64,000 nt of DNA. Source: an uncultured Pelagibacteraceae bacterium (GTDB lineage Bacteria > Pseudomonadota > Alphaproteobacteria > Pelagibacterales > Pelagibacteraceae). The stretch is taken from NCBI GenBank assembly GCA_902604355.1, contig CACKYN010000002.1:13630-77629 (forward strand), in the 5' to 3' direction. Each line of letters opens with the position of its first letter. The first letter of the stretch is position 1. Below are positions 9,344 through 19,722 of this stretch, one piece after another. A model generated the notes under the pieces. The model made no database searches. It saw nothing but the letters and a program-made list of their open reading frames with translations, and had not been told where the DNA came from. The translations under genes were made by a program, and so were the position numbers.

Positions 9344-10213
9344 CTATTTTCTAAACCTTCTTATTAAACTTGAAGTATCCCATCTATTGCCACCCATTTC
9401 CTGAATCTCTCCATAATATTTATCAACCAGCTCAGTCACAGGTAATAGAGACCCATTATTTTTAGCTTCATCCATGGCAATTTTAAGATCTTTTCTCATC
9501 CAATCTACTGCAAATCCAAATTCAAATTTATCATCAATCATGGTTTTGTATCTATTTTCCATTTGCCATGATTGTGCAGCACCTTTTGAAATTACCTCAA
9601 TAACATCCTCCATTTTTAATCCAGCCTTAATTCCAAAATTGATGGCCTCAGATAAACCTTGAACTAAACCAGCTATACAAATTTGATTAACCATTTTAGC
9701 GAGTTGTCCATTCCCAGGACCACCAAGTAATTTCATTTTTTTGCTGTAGCAATCGATTACATTTTTTGCTTTTTCAAAATCAGCATGGTCACCTCCAATC
9801 ATAACGGTAAGTGCACCATTTTCTGCTCCTGCTTGTCCACCAGATACCGGCGCATCCAGAGATCCAAACCCATTTTTTCTTCCATAATCATGAATTTCTT
9901 TTGCTATAGTTGCTGAAGCAGTAGTATTATCAATATAGACAGACCCTTTTTTTATCGTTTTAAATGCACCACCATCTCCAAATGTAACCTCTCTTAAATC
10001 ATTGTCGTTTCCAACACAGGTAAAAACATATTCAGCATCTTTTGCTGCCTCAGCTGGTGTTTCTGCCATTTTACCTTTGTACTCACTTATCCATTTTTCA
10101 GCTTTAGATTTAGTTCTGTTAAAAACAGTTACATTGTGTCCAGCTTTTGATATATAACCAGCCATTGGGTAACCCATAACCCCAAGACCAATGAAAGTAA
10201 CATTACAAGTCAT
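9344..10213 (-). CDS. NAD(P)-dependent beta-hydroxyacid dehydrogenase (3-hydroxyisobutyrate DH/YihU-like)
   Basis: FIGLGVMGYPMA, LDAPVSGG, GQLAKMVNQ. Confidence 0.9.
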   Translation of the reverse strand: MTCNVTFIGLGVMGYPMAGYISKAGHNVTVFNRTKSKAEKWISEYKGKMAETPAEAAKDAEYVFTCVGNDNDLREVTFGDGGAFKTIKKGSVYIDNTTASATIAKEIHDYGRKNGFGSLDAPVSGGQAGAENGALTVMIGGDHADFEKAKNVIDCYSKKMKLLGGPGNGQLAKMVNQICIAGLVQGLSEAINFGIKAGLKMEDVIEVISKGAAQSWQMENRYKTMIDDKFEFGFAVDWMRKDLKIAMDEAKNNGSLLPVTELVDKYYGEIQEMGGNRWDTSSLIRRFRK

Positions 10214-10224
10214 ATCTTTTATCT

Positions 10225-11430
10225 ATGTTTAAAAGTTTAAGTTTAAAAGTAATTCTGTTTGGTTTTATTTTTACATTTTTTTCTAGTTTTGGACAGAGTT
10301 TTTTTCTAGGACTTTTTAATTCAAGCATTAGAGAGGCTTTATCAATTACACATGGACAATTTGGCTCAATCTATGCGTCTGCTACTTTATTAAGTAGTAT
10401 TGTCTTAGTTTGGATAGGTAAAAAAATTGATGATATTAATATATTAAAATTTTCATCATACGTAATTATATTTTTGTCAGCTTCATGTTTTATTTTTTCT
10501 AAAATTTCCTCAATTATTTTTTTATTTGTAGGAATTTTTTTAATGCGGCTATCAGGTCAAGGCTTATCAAGTCATACTGCTACAACAACAATTTCTCGTT
10601 ATTTTGAGAGAAACAGAGGTAGAGCTTTAAGTACGTGTTGGTTGGGATTATCTTTAGCAGAATTTATCTTGCCAGTTTTGATTGTTTTTTTATTAACATT
10701 TATAGAGTGGAGAGATATCTGGGTTTCAATTTCTATTTTAGTAATTATAGTTTTACCAATTGCATCGTATTTTTTAGTCAAAGAAATTAAACTTGATACA
10801 AGAGAAGATAGCAATAAAGAAGCTATTACCAAAGAAATAAAACAATGGAAAAGAATAGAAGTTTTGAAAGATTTCAGATTTTATATTATTTGTATGACCA
10901 TGTTAGCTATGCCTTGGATAGCGACAGGTGCATTTGTTTATCAATCTTTTATCACTAGCTCAAAAGACTGGGGTCCATATGTGATTGCACAATCCTTTAT
11001 GGTTTACTCAATTTTATCTGTGGTGACTTTATTTATTTCAGGTTTTTTGATTGATAAATTTTCAAGTAGAAAATTGTTAATTTACATGAATATTCCACTA
11101 TTTGCTGCAACTGGAGTTCTGTTCTTTTTTGATAATGAATTTTCATCATTTTTATTCTTTGGTTTGTTAGGTATTACCAACGGACTAGCTAATGTTCTGG
11201 GATCATCTACATGGGCTGAAATTTATGGTGTTAAGTATATTGGATCTATTAAAGCATTAACGACGGCCTTAATGGTATTTGCAACTGCTTTTGGAACAGC
11301 CTTATTTGGTATTCTTATAGATATTAATTTTTCAATTGAGCAAATAGCTATTGTTTCTGGGACATATATCTTGACCTCAATAATTCTACTTTATTCAATT
11401 AAGAGTAAGCTAAATCCTCAATATATATAA
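10225..11430 (+). CDS. MFS transporter
   Basis: About 12 TM segments, GKKIDD motif A-like, FGQSFF. Confidence 0.85.
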   Translation: MFKSLSLKVILFGFIFTFFSSFGQSFFLGLFNSSIREALSITHGQFGSIYASATLLSSIVLVWIGKKIDDINILKFSSYVIIFLSASCFIFSKISSIIFLFVGIFLMRLSGQGLSSHTATTTISRYFERNRGRALSTCWLGLSLAEFILPVLIVFLLTFIEWRDIWVSISILVIIVLPIASYFLVKEIKLDTREDSNKEAITKEIKQWKRIEVLKDFRFYIICMTMLAMPWIATGAFVYQSFITSSKDWGPYVIAQSFMVYSILSVVTLFISGFLIDKFSSRKLLIYMNIPLFAATGVLFFFDNEFSSFLFFGLLGITNGLANVLGSSTWAEIYGVKYIGSIKALTTALMVFATAFGTALFGILIDINFSIEQIAIVSGTYILTSIILLYSIKSKLNPQYI

Positions 11431-11473
11431 AAAACTGCTTGATTTTATATGGCTCACTGTATAGATACTGCGC

Positions 11474-11995
11474 ATGGCAAGAGTAACGGTAGAAGATTGC
11501 ATCGATAAAGTAGATAGTCCCTATGAATTGGTGTTAGTTGCTAAAGAAAGAGCTACTCAATTAAATGCTGGTATAGAACCAACCATTGATAGAGATAACG
11601 ACAAAAATACAGTTATTTCATTAAGAGAAATTGCAGAAGAAAAAATTCAGGTTTCTGATTTAACTGATAGTGCAGTTTATAAACTTAGAAAACATGTTGA
11701 ACAAGTTGATGATACTGCTGAGGATGATGAAGATATAGGTGATGATTTTGAAAATTTATACAAAGGTGAAATTTCAAAAAGTGGTACACCAATTCTGCCT
11801 TCTAAAAGAGCTAGAAAAACTCCAGAAAAAATCCAAGTTACAAAAGAAGATTTAGAAGAATTATCTGAAACAGCTAAAGCTGATGTTGATAGTTCATTTG
11901 ATGAAGAAACTATGAGTGAAGAGGGTGAAGTATCATTGGATGACGTTTCAAATAGTGAGGAGCCAACTCAAGAAGATATCCAAGAAGATCAATAA
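11474..11995 (+). CDS. rpoZ: RNA polymerase omega subunit with long acidic tail
   Basis: [25 protein letters not shown]. Confidence 0.95.
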   Translation: MARVTVEDCIDKVDSPYELVLVAKERATQLNAGIEPTIDRDNDKNTVISLREIAEEKIQVSDLTDSAVYKLRKHVEQVDDTAEDDEDIGDDFENLYKGEISKSGTPILPSKRARKTPEKIQVTKEDLEELSETAKADVDSSFDEETMSEEGEVSLDDVSNSEEPTQEDIQEDQ

Positions 11996-11998
11996 ATT

Positions 11999-13144
11999 TT
12001 AATTTACAAATTCTTTAATTATTTTTTCTCTGTGCTCATCTAAATCAGGGATGTCACCTCTTTTATTAGGATCCTCATATGTAGACATTTTAATGGGGTT
12101 TCCTGCTAGCTGAAAATCTCCTATAACTTTATGATAAGCTTTTACTATCATGTTTCTTGCATCTACTTGAGGATTCTCAACCGCTTCTTTAATATTAAAT
12201 ATTGGACCACAAGGAATTTTATCTTTCTCCATCAAACTTACCCATTCATTAGTAGTTCTATTTGAAAGTTTATTTTCAAGAATTTTTTTTAGTTCATCCA
12301 TATTTTTTGCTCTTGAAGAATTTGAGATAAATTTTTCATCATTAAAAATTTCAGGGACCCCTATAATATTACAAAGCTTTTCAAATAATTTATCATTACC
12401 AGCAGCAATAATTATATAGCTGTCTTTAGTTTTAAATGCTTCAAACGGAGCAATAGATGGGTGTCTAGAACCCATTGGTTGAGGTATTTCATTTTTAGAT
12501 AAATATCTTGCAATTGCATTTTCAAGAATTGCAATTTGACAATCAAGCATCGAAACATCTATGTACATACCCTTACCAGTTTTTTGTCTATCATATAAAG
12601 CTGCATTAATTCCAATTGTTGTAAACAAGCCAGCTGTAATATCACCAATTGAAGTACCAACTCTTGTAGGTTCAGAATTGGGTTGACCCGTTACACTCAT
12701 TAATCCACCCATTCCTTGAACGACCATATCGTAAGCTGGTAATTCTTTTAAAGGACCAGTTTGTCCAAAACCAGATGCTGAAGCATAGATTAATTTTGGA
12801 AACTTTTTGTTTACTTCTTCCCAGCCATAGCCCCATTTTTTTAGAGTTCCTGGTTTAAAATTCTCAACTAAGATATCTGCTTTGGATAAAATTTTATCAA
12901 ATATTTTTTTATCATCTGAATTTTTTAAATTAAGAGCTATACTTTCTTTACCTCTGTTAAGTGACATGAAGTAGGCAGAGTAATCTTCAACAAAAGGTCC
13001 AAATTTTCTTGAGTCATCACCTATTTCTGGAGCCTCAACTTTTATAACTCTTGCACCAAGATCTGATAAAACCATTGTGCAATATGGTCCTACTAGAACC
13101 CTTGTTAAATCAACAACTAATAAGTTTTTTAAAGGTCCATCCAT
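11999..13144 (-). CDS. Class III CoA-transferase (CaiB/BaiF family)
   Basis: LSDLGARVIKVE, NRGKESIALNLK, ENFKPG, PAYD. Confidence 0.92.
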   Translation of the reverse strand: MDGPLKNLLVVDLTRVLVGPYCTMVLSDLGARVIKVEAPEIGDDSRKFGPFVEDYSAYFMSLNRGKESIALNLKNSDDKKIFDKILSKADILVENFKPGTLKKWGYGWEEVNKKFPKLIYASASGFGQTGPLKELPAYDMVVQGMGGLMSVTGQPNSEPTRVGTSIGDITAGLFTTIGINAALYDRQKTGKGMYIDVSMLDCQIAILENAIARYLSKNEIPQPMGSRHPSIAPFEAFKTKDSYIIIAAGNDKLFEKLCNIIGVPEIFNDEKFISNSSRAKNMDELKKILENKLSNRTTNEWVSLMEKDKIPCGPIFNIKEAVENPQVDARNMIVKAYHKVIGDFQLAGNPIKMSTYEDPNKRGDIPDLDEHREKIIKEFVN

Positions 13145-13179
13145 ATTATTTCTAATTATTAATTGTATTTTTTGTTAAC

Positions 13180-13208
13180 TTGACTCTTAACGATATCTTC
13201 ATTTTAAT
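13180..13208 (+). promoter_or_regulatory. Putative sigma70 promoter of the TRAP operon
   Basis: TTGACT(13180-85)-N17-TTTAAT(13203-08); GAGGGAG RBS at 13231. Confidence 0.5.
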
Positions 13209-13243
13209 ACAAGTATCACAAATAACAATAGAGGGAGAATTAA

Positions 13244-14254
13244 ATGTTAAAAAAAATATCTTTATGTTTAACTTCATTTGTTCTTGCGTTCACTTTAATT
13301 GGTTCTGCTTATGCTGTAACTTTAAAAGCAAGTCACCAATGGCCAGGAACTCCAAGAGCTGACGGTTCATTTGACCCAAGACACGAAATGGTTCAAATAA
13401 TTGCAGATGAGGTTAAAAAAGCTAATGTTGGAATAGATATAAGAATTTACCCAGCAAAATCTTTATACAAACCAAAAGAACAGTGGAAGCCAATGACAAC
13501 TGGTCAGTTAGATATTTCTGCTTTTCCTTTAGCATATGCCTCAAAATTCCATCCAGAATTTGATGCAACTTTAATGCCAGGAACTGTAAAAAATCATGAT
13601 CACGCATTAAGATTTAATAAAGGTCCAATGATGACTGAAATTAAAAGAATTATAACTGATGCAGGTGTAGTTGTTTTATCTGATGCTTGGTTAGGTGGTG
13701 GATTTGCCTCTAAGTCTAAATGCATCAAAAATCCAAGCGATGCAAAAGGTCAGGTTATGAGAGCTGCAGGAAAAGCATTTAACCAAATGTTAGAGGCAGC
13801 AGGTGCAGGTATCCAGAGTATGCCTTCATCTGAAATTTATACTGGTCTTCAAACAGGTGTATTAACAGGTGCAAATACTAGCTCAGGAAGTTTTGTAAGT
13901 TATAAAATTTACGAGCAAGTAACTTGTGCAACACCCCCAGGAAAATTTGGATTATGGTTTATGTATGAACCAATTCTAATGTCTAAAAAATCATATGATG
14001 CTTTAAATTCAAAACAACAAAAAGCACTTATGACTGCTGGTAAAGTAGCTGAAAAATATATGACAGCTCAAGTTGAGAATTTGGATAAAAAGTTTGAGGA
14101 TGCATATAAAGCTGCGGGCGTTAAATTAGTCTACATGGACGAGAAAGATCATGCCGCATGGGTAGAGATTGCAAAGAAATCTTCTCATAAAGCTTTTGCT
14201 GAGAAAGTTCCAGGTGGAGATAAACTAATGGAAATGGCTTTGGCAGTTAAATAA
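13244..14254 (+). CDS. dctP: TRAP transporter substrate-binding protein (DctP; MatP-like)
   Basis: Signal peptide, LKASHQWPG, MRAAG, MPSSEIYTGLQTG. Confidence 0.9.
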   Translation: MLKKISLCLTSFVLAFTLIGSAYAVTLKASHQWPGTPRADGSFDPRHEMVQIIADEVKKANVGIDIRIYPAKSLYKPKEQWKPMTTGQLDISAFPLAYASKFHPEFDATLMPGTVKNHDHALRFNKGPMMTEIKRIITDAGVVVLSDAWLGGGFASKSKCIKNPSDAKGQVMRAAGKAFNQMLEAAGAGIQSMPSSEIYTGLQTGVLTGANTSSGSFVSYKIYEQVTCATPPGKFGLWFMYEPILMSKKSYDALNSKQQKALMTAGKVAEKYMTAQVENLDKKFEDAYKAAGVKLVYMDEKDHAAWVEIAKKSSHKAFAEKVPGGDKLMEMALAVK

Positions 14255-14268
14255 AGTAATATATAAAG

Positions 14269-14306
14269 AACCCCTATTTATCAAAAATAAGTAGGGGTTT
14301 TTTTTT
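14269..14306 (+). terminator. Intrinsic terminator-like hairpin between dctP and dctQ
   Basis: AACCCCTATTTAT-CAAAA-ATAAGTAGGGGTT followed by T-tract. Confidence 0.75.
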
Positions 14307-14795
14307 ATGAAAAATAAATATTTAAAATTTTGTAATTTTATAGCTAAAGCTTGTGGAGCGTTTGCAGTTTTAGCCTTACTATTATCAATTTTGGTAATTG
14401 TTGAATTAGTATTTGAGAGATATTTTTTTCAAAGAGCGATTACATGGCAAACTGAGTTGGTAACAATGTTGTTAGTTGCATCTACTTTCATTGGAAGCGC
14501 TTATGTCTTAAGTGAAAAGGCACATGTTAGTATGGAATGGATATATGACTTTTTGTCCTCAAAAAACGTTCTAAGATTAAAAATTTTTACATCATTAGTA
14601 AGTTTATTATTTTTTTTAATTCTATTTTATTTTGGTTTTTTGATGGTTGAAGAGGCATTTATTAAGAATTACTCAACCGGTACAGTTTGGGATCCTCCAT
14701 TATGGATACCTTACTCATCAATGATGATTGGAGCTATTTTAATGATACTTCAGTACATTGCAGAAATTATTAAGTTAACAGACGAGGCAGACTAA
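14307..14795 (+). CDS. dctQ: TRAP small permease
   Basis: 4 TM, RY.F....WQTE, HVS.E. Confidence 0.88.
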   Translation: MKNKYLKFCNFIAKACGAFAVLALLLSILVIVELVFERYFFQRAITWQTELVTMLLVASTFIGSAYVLSEKAHVSMEWIYDFLSSKNVLRLKIFTSLVSLLFFLILFYFGFLMVEEAFIKNYSTGTVWDPPLWIPYSSMMIGAILMILQYIAEIIKLTDEAD

Positions 14796-14798
14796 AAA

Positions 14799-16130
14799 AT
14801 GGACCCATTAATAATAGCTATAATTGTTGCCGTTTTTACTTTGATAGTTCTTTTTTCAGGAATTCCAATTGCATTTGGTTTAAGCTTTGTATCAATAGTG
14901 CTTTTAGTGTCATTTGAAGGTTTTCAAATGCTAGACGTTTTTGCAGAAACGTTTTATGCAGGACTAAATTCATTTGTTTTACTTTCGATACCAATGTTTA
15001 TTTTAATGGGCATGGCTGTTGCCAATTCTCCAGCAGGAAAAGATTTATATACTGGCCTAGATAGGTGGCTTTGGAGACTTCCAGGAGGCTTAGTTATTTC
15101 TAACATAGGTGCTTGTTCTATTTTTGCAGCTTTAAGTGGATCTAGTCCAGCTACATGTGCAGCAATTGGAACAATGGGAATACCTGAGATGAGAAAAAGA
15201 GGTTATTCTGATCAAATTGCTACTGGTACTATCGCTGCAGGAGGAACTCTTGGAGTTCTTATTCCTCCAAGTATAGTTTTAATTGTTTATGGAATTGCAA
15301 CAGGTACATCCATTGGTAGACTGTTCTTATGTGGTTTAGTTCCAGGATTTATGCTGGCAGGTATGTTTGCAATTTGGGCTCTTATTCATAGTTACTTTAT
15401 TGATAAAGATGCTGCAAAAGCCTTAAGGAATAGAACACCTCCTACGTTAAGAGAAAAACTGGAAGTATTACCTAGAGTTCTTCCATTCTTAGCTATTATA
15501 GCAGGTGTTTTGTATGTGTTGTATGGTGGTGTTGCAACTCCATCAGAGGCATCAGGTGTTGGAGCATTCTTGGTTTTTGTATTGATAGCAATTGTTTATA
15601 AAATTTATCAACCGAAAAAAATATGGAATATTGTTAAAGTTTCAATGAAGGAAAGTGTAATGATAATGTTTATCATTGCAGCATCTTATCTTTTTGCATT
15701 TACACTTTCACAACTTTATGTAACTCAATCTTTAGCTCAAAGCATGGTAGAGTTAAGTTCCAATAAATGGATTGTATTTCTCTTAATAAATGTTTTTCTT
15801 TTAATTGCTGGTTTCTTTTTACCTCCTGTTGCAGTAATCGTTATGACTTCTGCTATATTATTACCCGTAATTACCACATTAGGTTTTGATCCATATTGGT
15901 TTGCAATTGTATTTACTATTAATATGGAGATTGGATTAATAACTCCACCTGTTGGATTAAATCTTTATATAATAAAAGGCATTACCCCAGATGTAAGTTT
16001 GTCAGAAATTTTAAAAGGCTCTATACCATTTATGATTATAATGGCATTAGCAATTTTAATTTTGTGTATCTTTCCAGAGATAGTTACATGGCTTCCTGAT
16101 AAAATAATGGGCAAACCTCTTGGATACTAA
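14799..16130 (+). CDS. dctM: TRAP large permease
   Basis: SGSSPAT, GGTLGVLIPPS, EIGLITPPVGLNL. Confidence 0.92.
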   Translation: MDPLIIAIIVAVFTLIVLFSGIPIAFGLSFVSIVLLVSFEGFQMLDVFAETFYAGLNSFVLLSIPMFILMGMAVANSPAGKDLYTGLDRWLWRLPGGLVISNIGACSIFAALSGSSPATCAAIGTMGIPEMRKRGYSDQIATGTIAAGGTLGVLIPPSIVLIVYGIATGTSIGRLFLCGLVPGFMLAGMFAIWALIHSYFIDKDAAKALRNRTPPTLREKLEVLPRVLPFLAIIAGVLYVLYGGVATPSEASGVGAFLVFVLIAIVYKIYQPKKIWNIVKVSMKESVMIMFIIAASYLFAFTLSQLYVTQSLAQSMVELSSNKWIVFLLINVFLLIAGFFLPPVAVIVMTSAILLPVITTLGFDPYWFAIVFTINMEIGLITPPVGLNLYIIKGITPDVSLSEILKGSIPFMIIMALAILILCIFPEIVTWLPDKIMGKPLGY

Positions 16131-17124
16131 AAACAAAATTAATAGAAAAATTTCTGTTGCTCCGATGATGGATTGCACAGACAGACATGATCGTTTTTTC
16201 TTAAGATTGATGAGCAAAAATGTGATGCTTTATACTGAAATGGTTGCTACTAAATCTGCAATACATGGAGATAGAAAAAAAATCTTATCTTATAGTCCTG
16301 AGGAAAAACCAATAGCATTACAGGTTGGTGGATCAAATAAAGAAGAGCTAGCTGAAGTTGCAAAGATTGCAGAAGATATGGGCTATGATGAAATTAATAT
16401 TAATTTAGGTTGTCCTAGTAAAAAGGTTCAAAAAAATAAGTTTGGCGCTTGTTTAATGAAAGAGCCTGATCTTGTAGCCGAATGCATAAGTGCGATGGTT
16501 AATTCATGCAAAATTCCAGTTACTGCAAAAACTAGAATTGGATTTGATAATGTAGAAAGCTTTGAGTATTTAAATAATTTCATTCACAAATTGAGAGATG
16601 TGGGTACAAAAACATTTATTTTACACGCTAGAAAAGCAATATTAACAGGACTTTCTCCTAAGCAAAATTTAAATATTCCAAAGCTTAATTACAATATGGT
16701 TTATGAGATTAAAAAACAAAACCCAGATTTAGAAATTATTATAAATGGAGGAATATCTAAAATAGATGAAATTAATAATCACTTAAATTATTGTGATGGA
16801 GTAATGATTGGAAGATCTATATATCAAAACCCATATTCATTAGTAGAAATTGAAAAGGAAATATTTAATAGGAAAATTAATCCTACCAGAGAGCAGGTAG
16901 CTGAGCAGCTTCTAGATTACGTTGAAAAAGAAGTTAAATTAGGAACAAAAGTTAATCATATAATGAGACATACTGTTGGTTTATACCATGGTCAAATAGG
17001 ATCAAAGGAATGGAAAAGATATCTAAGTGACAATTTAATGGCTCGTGAATCTGATTTTCAAAAAACAAAACATATTATGACAATTGTACAAAATAATGAA
17101 AAAGCTAATCAGACAAATACATAA
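16120..17124 (+). CDS. dusA: tRNA-dihydrouridine(20/20a) synthase
   Basis: SVAPMMDCTDRH, NLGCPS, HARKA.L.GLSPKQN; TTG start overlapping dctM. Confidence 0.9.
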   Translation: MDTKNKINRKISVAPMMDCTDRHDRFFLRLMSKNVMLYTEMVATKSAIHGDRKKILSYSPEEKPIALQVGGSNKEELAEVAKIAEDMGYDEININLGCPSKKVQKNKFGACLMKEPDLVAECISAMVNSCKIPVTAKTRIGFDNVESFEYLNNFIHKLRDVGTKTFILHARKAILTGLSPKQNLNIPKLNYNMVYEIKKQNPDLEIIINGGISKIDEINNHLNYCDGVMIGRSIYQNPYSLVEIEKEIFNRKINPTREQVAEQLLDYVEKEVKLGTKVNHIMRHTVGLYHGQIGSKEWKRYLSDNLMARESDFQKTKHIMTIVQNNEKANQTNT

Positions 17125-17960
17125 TGGATATTTCAAACATAAATGAGATTATAAATTTATTAGTTGTTTTAGCTATAGCTGCTGCAGTTGCTGGTTTTAT
17201 GGCAGGCTTACTCGGTGTTGGTGGAGGTATAATAATGGTTCCAGCATTATATTATGCTTTCTCAGTTTTAGATTTCGATATTGTTACTAGAATGCACCTT
17301 TCCGTTGGAACCTCATTAGCAATTATTGTCCCAACCTCAATCATCTCAACAAAGATACATATGCAACATGATGCTGTAGATTTTAAAATGGTTAAATCCT
17401 TTGGAATATTTATTTTAATAGGAGTAATCGCAGGAACATTTTTAGCTGTTAATTTAAAAACTCCAGCATTAGTTTTATTTTTTTCAATTTTTGCTTTTTT
17501 AGTGGGGGTATTTTTTATTTTTTTAAGAGAGCAGCTTGTTGAAAATCCAAAAAAAATCTCAGATTTAATTAAAAATATCTCTGGAATTGTAATTGGATTT
17601 ATATCCGTCCCACTTGGAATAGGTGGTGGATCATTAATGGTTCCTTTTATGAGAACTTTTGGTTACGACATTAGAAAATCTATTGGAACTGCAGCAGCAG
17701 TCGGTTTTTTGATAGCAGTTACTGGTACCACAACAATGATAATTAGTGGTAAAATTATTAATAATATAAACACACCTTTTAGTCTGGGGTACATAAATTT
17801 ATTAGGTTTTATTGTATTTGTGCCTGTGACGATGTTTATGGCGCGTATAGGGGCTAAAGCAGTATATAAAATTGATAAGCGTTTATTGAGTAAAATCTTT
17901 GGAACTTTTTTAATAATTGTTTCTATTAGATCTTTTTATGAATATTTAAGTATAAACTAG
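17124..17960 (+). CDS. TauE/SafE family (TSUP) membrane exporter
   Basis: GLLGVGGG..MVP, GTSLA, LGIGGG. Confidence 0.88.
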   Translation: MDISNINEIINLLVVLAIAAAVAGFMAGLLGVGGGIIMVPALYYAFSVLDFDIVTRMHLSVGTSLAIIVPTSIISTKIHMQHDAVDFKMVKSFGIFILIGVIAGTFLAVNLKTPALVLFFSIFAFLVGVFFIFLREQLVENPKKISDLIKNISGIVIGFISVPLGIGGGSLMVPFMRTFGYDIRKSIGTAAAVGFLIAVTGTTTMIISGKIINNINTPFSLGYINLLGFIVFVPVTMFMARIGAKAVYKIDKRLLSKIFGTFLIIVSIRSFYEYLSIN

Positions 17961-17962
17961 AT

Positions 17963-19276
17963 ATGAAAAACATGTTTAACTTAAAAGATATCATTTCATC
18001 TATCGCTGATGTAGGCCAAAAACTATTCAAAAAAAAACAGCTTAAAAAAAATGATTTAGAAACAATATTGTCATTATGTGATGATTTAATTTCTAATAAA
18101 GGTGCAGCTTTTGGTATCACTGTTGCAAGGGACGTGACAGATCTTTATCAAACCCTCACATCTGAGAATAAACTAACATTTTTTAAGAAGATAAATGAGA
18201 AATTTAAACCTAGTCATACCAAGGTATCAGAAGCTATAGAAACTTATCAAAAAACCCAGAATGATAAAAATTTATTTAATTTATTTATAGTATCTGAGGG
18301 AAAGAGAAGAGAATTATTTAGAAGAATGAATATGGCTCCAAATGGAATTTCTACCATAGTCTCTTTAAGAGAAGATTTATTGAAAGTATTAAAAGAAAAT
18401 TCAGAATTAAAACCTTTAGATGATGATTTAAGAGAATTATTTAAGTCATGGTTTAATCCAGGTTTTTTAAGATTAGCTAAAATTACTTGGGATACTAAAG
18501 CAGCTGTTTTAGAAAAAATTATGAAATATGAGAGAGTTCATAAAATTAAAGACATGGACGAACTAAAGAGAAGACTTGGAGAGGACAGAAGATTTTTTTC
18601 ATATTTTCATCCAGCACTTGAGGACGAGCCCATAATATTTGTTCAAGTAGCCCTCACGAATGGTCTAGGTAAATCGATACAAGAAATTACTAAGCCACAA
18701 ACAACAGGGAACAAAAAATATGATACCGCAACATTCTACTCAATCAGCAACTGTCAAGAGGGTTTATCAAGAGTTACTTTAGGAAATTTTTTAATTAAAA
18801 GAGTTGTTTATGAAATCCAAGAAGAATTACCTGACATAAAACACTTTGGAACCTTGTCACCTATACCAGGTTTTAGAGATTGGTTCTCATATTTAGAAGA
18901 AAATAAAATTAAAAATATTCTAGGAAACATTCCTTTAGAAAATATATCTTTCTTAAAATCCCCAGATTTAAAAATTGGTGACACAAGAATTGTATCTAAT
19001 AAAGATGCAATTTTAAAATTAGTTGCTTACTATTTGATAAATGAAAAAAATCATAAACAATTACCTATCAATGATGTCACAAGATTTCATTTAGGAAACG
19101 GGGCTATAGTTGAGGATATAAATATTAATGCTAATGTTTCAGAAGTTGGTTTTAACAGATCTTTTGGTGTTATGGTTAATTACTTATATGAACTTAAGAA
19201 TATCGAGAAAAACCATGAGGATTATATAAATAATAAAAAAGTAATAGTCTCAGATAAACTTAAAAAGTTTATTTAA
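17963..19276 (+). CDS. Malonyl-CoA decarboxylase (MatA-like)
   Basis: WFNPGFL, YERVH, FYSISNCQ.GL, TLSPIPGF, RFHLGNGA, MVNYLY. Confidence 0.92.
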   Translation: MKNMFNLKDIISSIADVGQKLFKKKQLKKNDLETILSLCDDLISNKGAAFGITVARDVTDLYQTLTSENKLTFFKKINEKFKPSHTKVSEAIETYQKTQNDKNLFNLFIVSEGKRRELFRRMNMAPNGISTIVSLREDLLKVLKENSELKPLDDDLRELFKSWFNPGFLRLAKITWDTKAAVLEKIMKYERVHKIKDMDELKRRLGEDRRFFSYFHPALEDEPIIFVQVALTNGLGKSIQEITKPQTTGNKKYDTATFYSISNCQEGLSRVTLGNFLIKRVVYEIQEELPDIKHFGTLSPIPGFRDWFSYLEENKIKNILGNIPLENISFLKSPDLKIGDTRIVSNKDAILKLVAYYLINEKNHKQLPINDVTRFHLGNGAIVEDININANVSEVGFNRSFGVMVNYLYELKNIEKNHEDYINNKKVIVSDKLKKFI

Positions 19277-19473
19277 TTGGTACCCCATTTAACTTTATTC
19301 CATATCCTCTCGTGAAAATAATAGAAAAAGAGAGGAATGATTGAGCCAACTCCTAGTATCCCAGCACCAACAAATGTACCAGTATAAATATAGCCAAATA
19401 TTACCCAATAAATAAAAATAAAAAGCCTCCAAGAAAAAGTTTTTGCAACTGATCTTATTTTTTTATCTGCCAT
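19273..19473 (-). CDS. DUF2061-like small membrane protein
   Basis: RS.AKT.SWR ... YYFHERIW..VKWG. Confidence 0.8.
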   Translation of the reverse strand: MADKKIRSVAKTFSWRLFIFIYWVIFGYIYTGTFVGAGILGVGSIIPLFFYYFHERIWNKVKWGTN

Positions 19474-19513
19474 TACATAAATATATAAGAAAATTAGAGC
19501 TTATAAATTAAAC

Positions 19514-19600
19514 AAAAAAAAGAGGTGATTTCAGTCTCCCTCCATCACCTCATAATTAAATTTAGTCGATTCTTTTAATTTCTTTTAACACTTAATAGTT
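19514..19600 (-). ncRNA. Candidate small RNA or attenuator leader (~88 nt) ending in a terminator hairpin
   Basis: Minus-strand TTGATA-N17-CATACT (19634-19606); hairpin GAGGTGAT/ATCACCTC (19522-19551) followed by U8 on the minus strand. Confidence 0.45.
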
Positions 19601-19722
19601 GAAAAAGTATGTTATAAACAAACTAAAATATCAACAATCCTTAGTTGTATTTAGTTTTGTGAAAAACTCAATTTAGCCACACATAATATTTAGTGTTATA
19701 AATCAAATTGGTACTTTGAAAA

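Noticed and set aside
11700-11995. Acidic C-terminal extension of RpoZ as a novelty
   Set aside because: Acidic omega tails are common in Alphaproteobacteria; this one is only somewhat longer
13175-13191. Possible CtrA box (TTAA...TTAAC) at the dctP promoter
   Set aside because: Spacer is 8 nt, not 7, and such matches are common in AT-rich DNA
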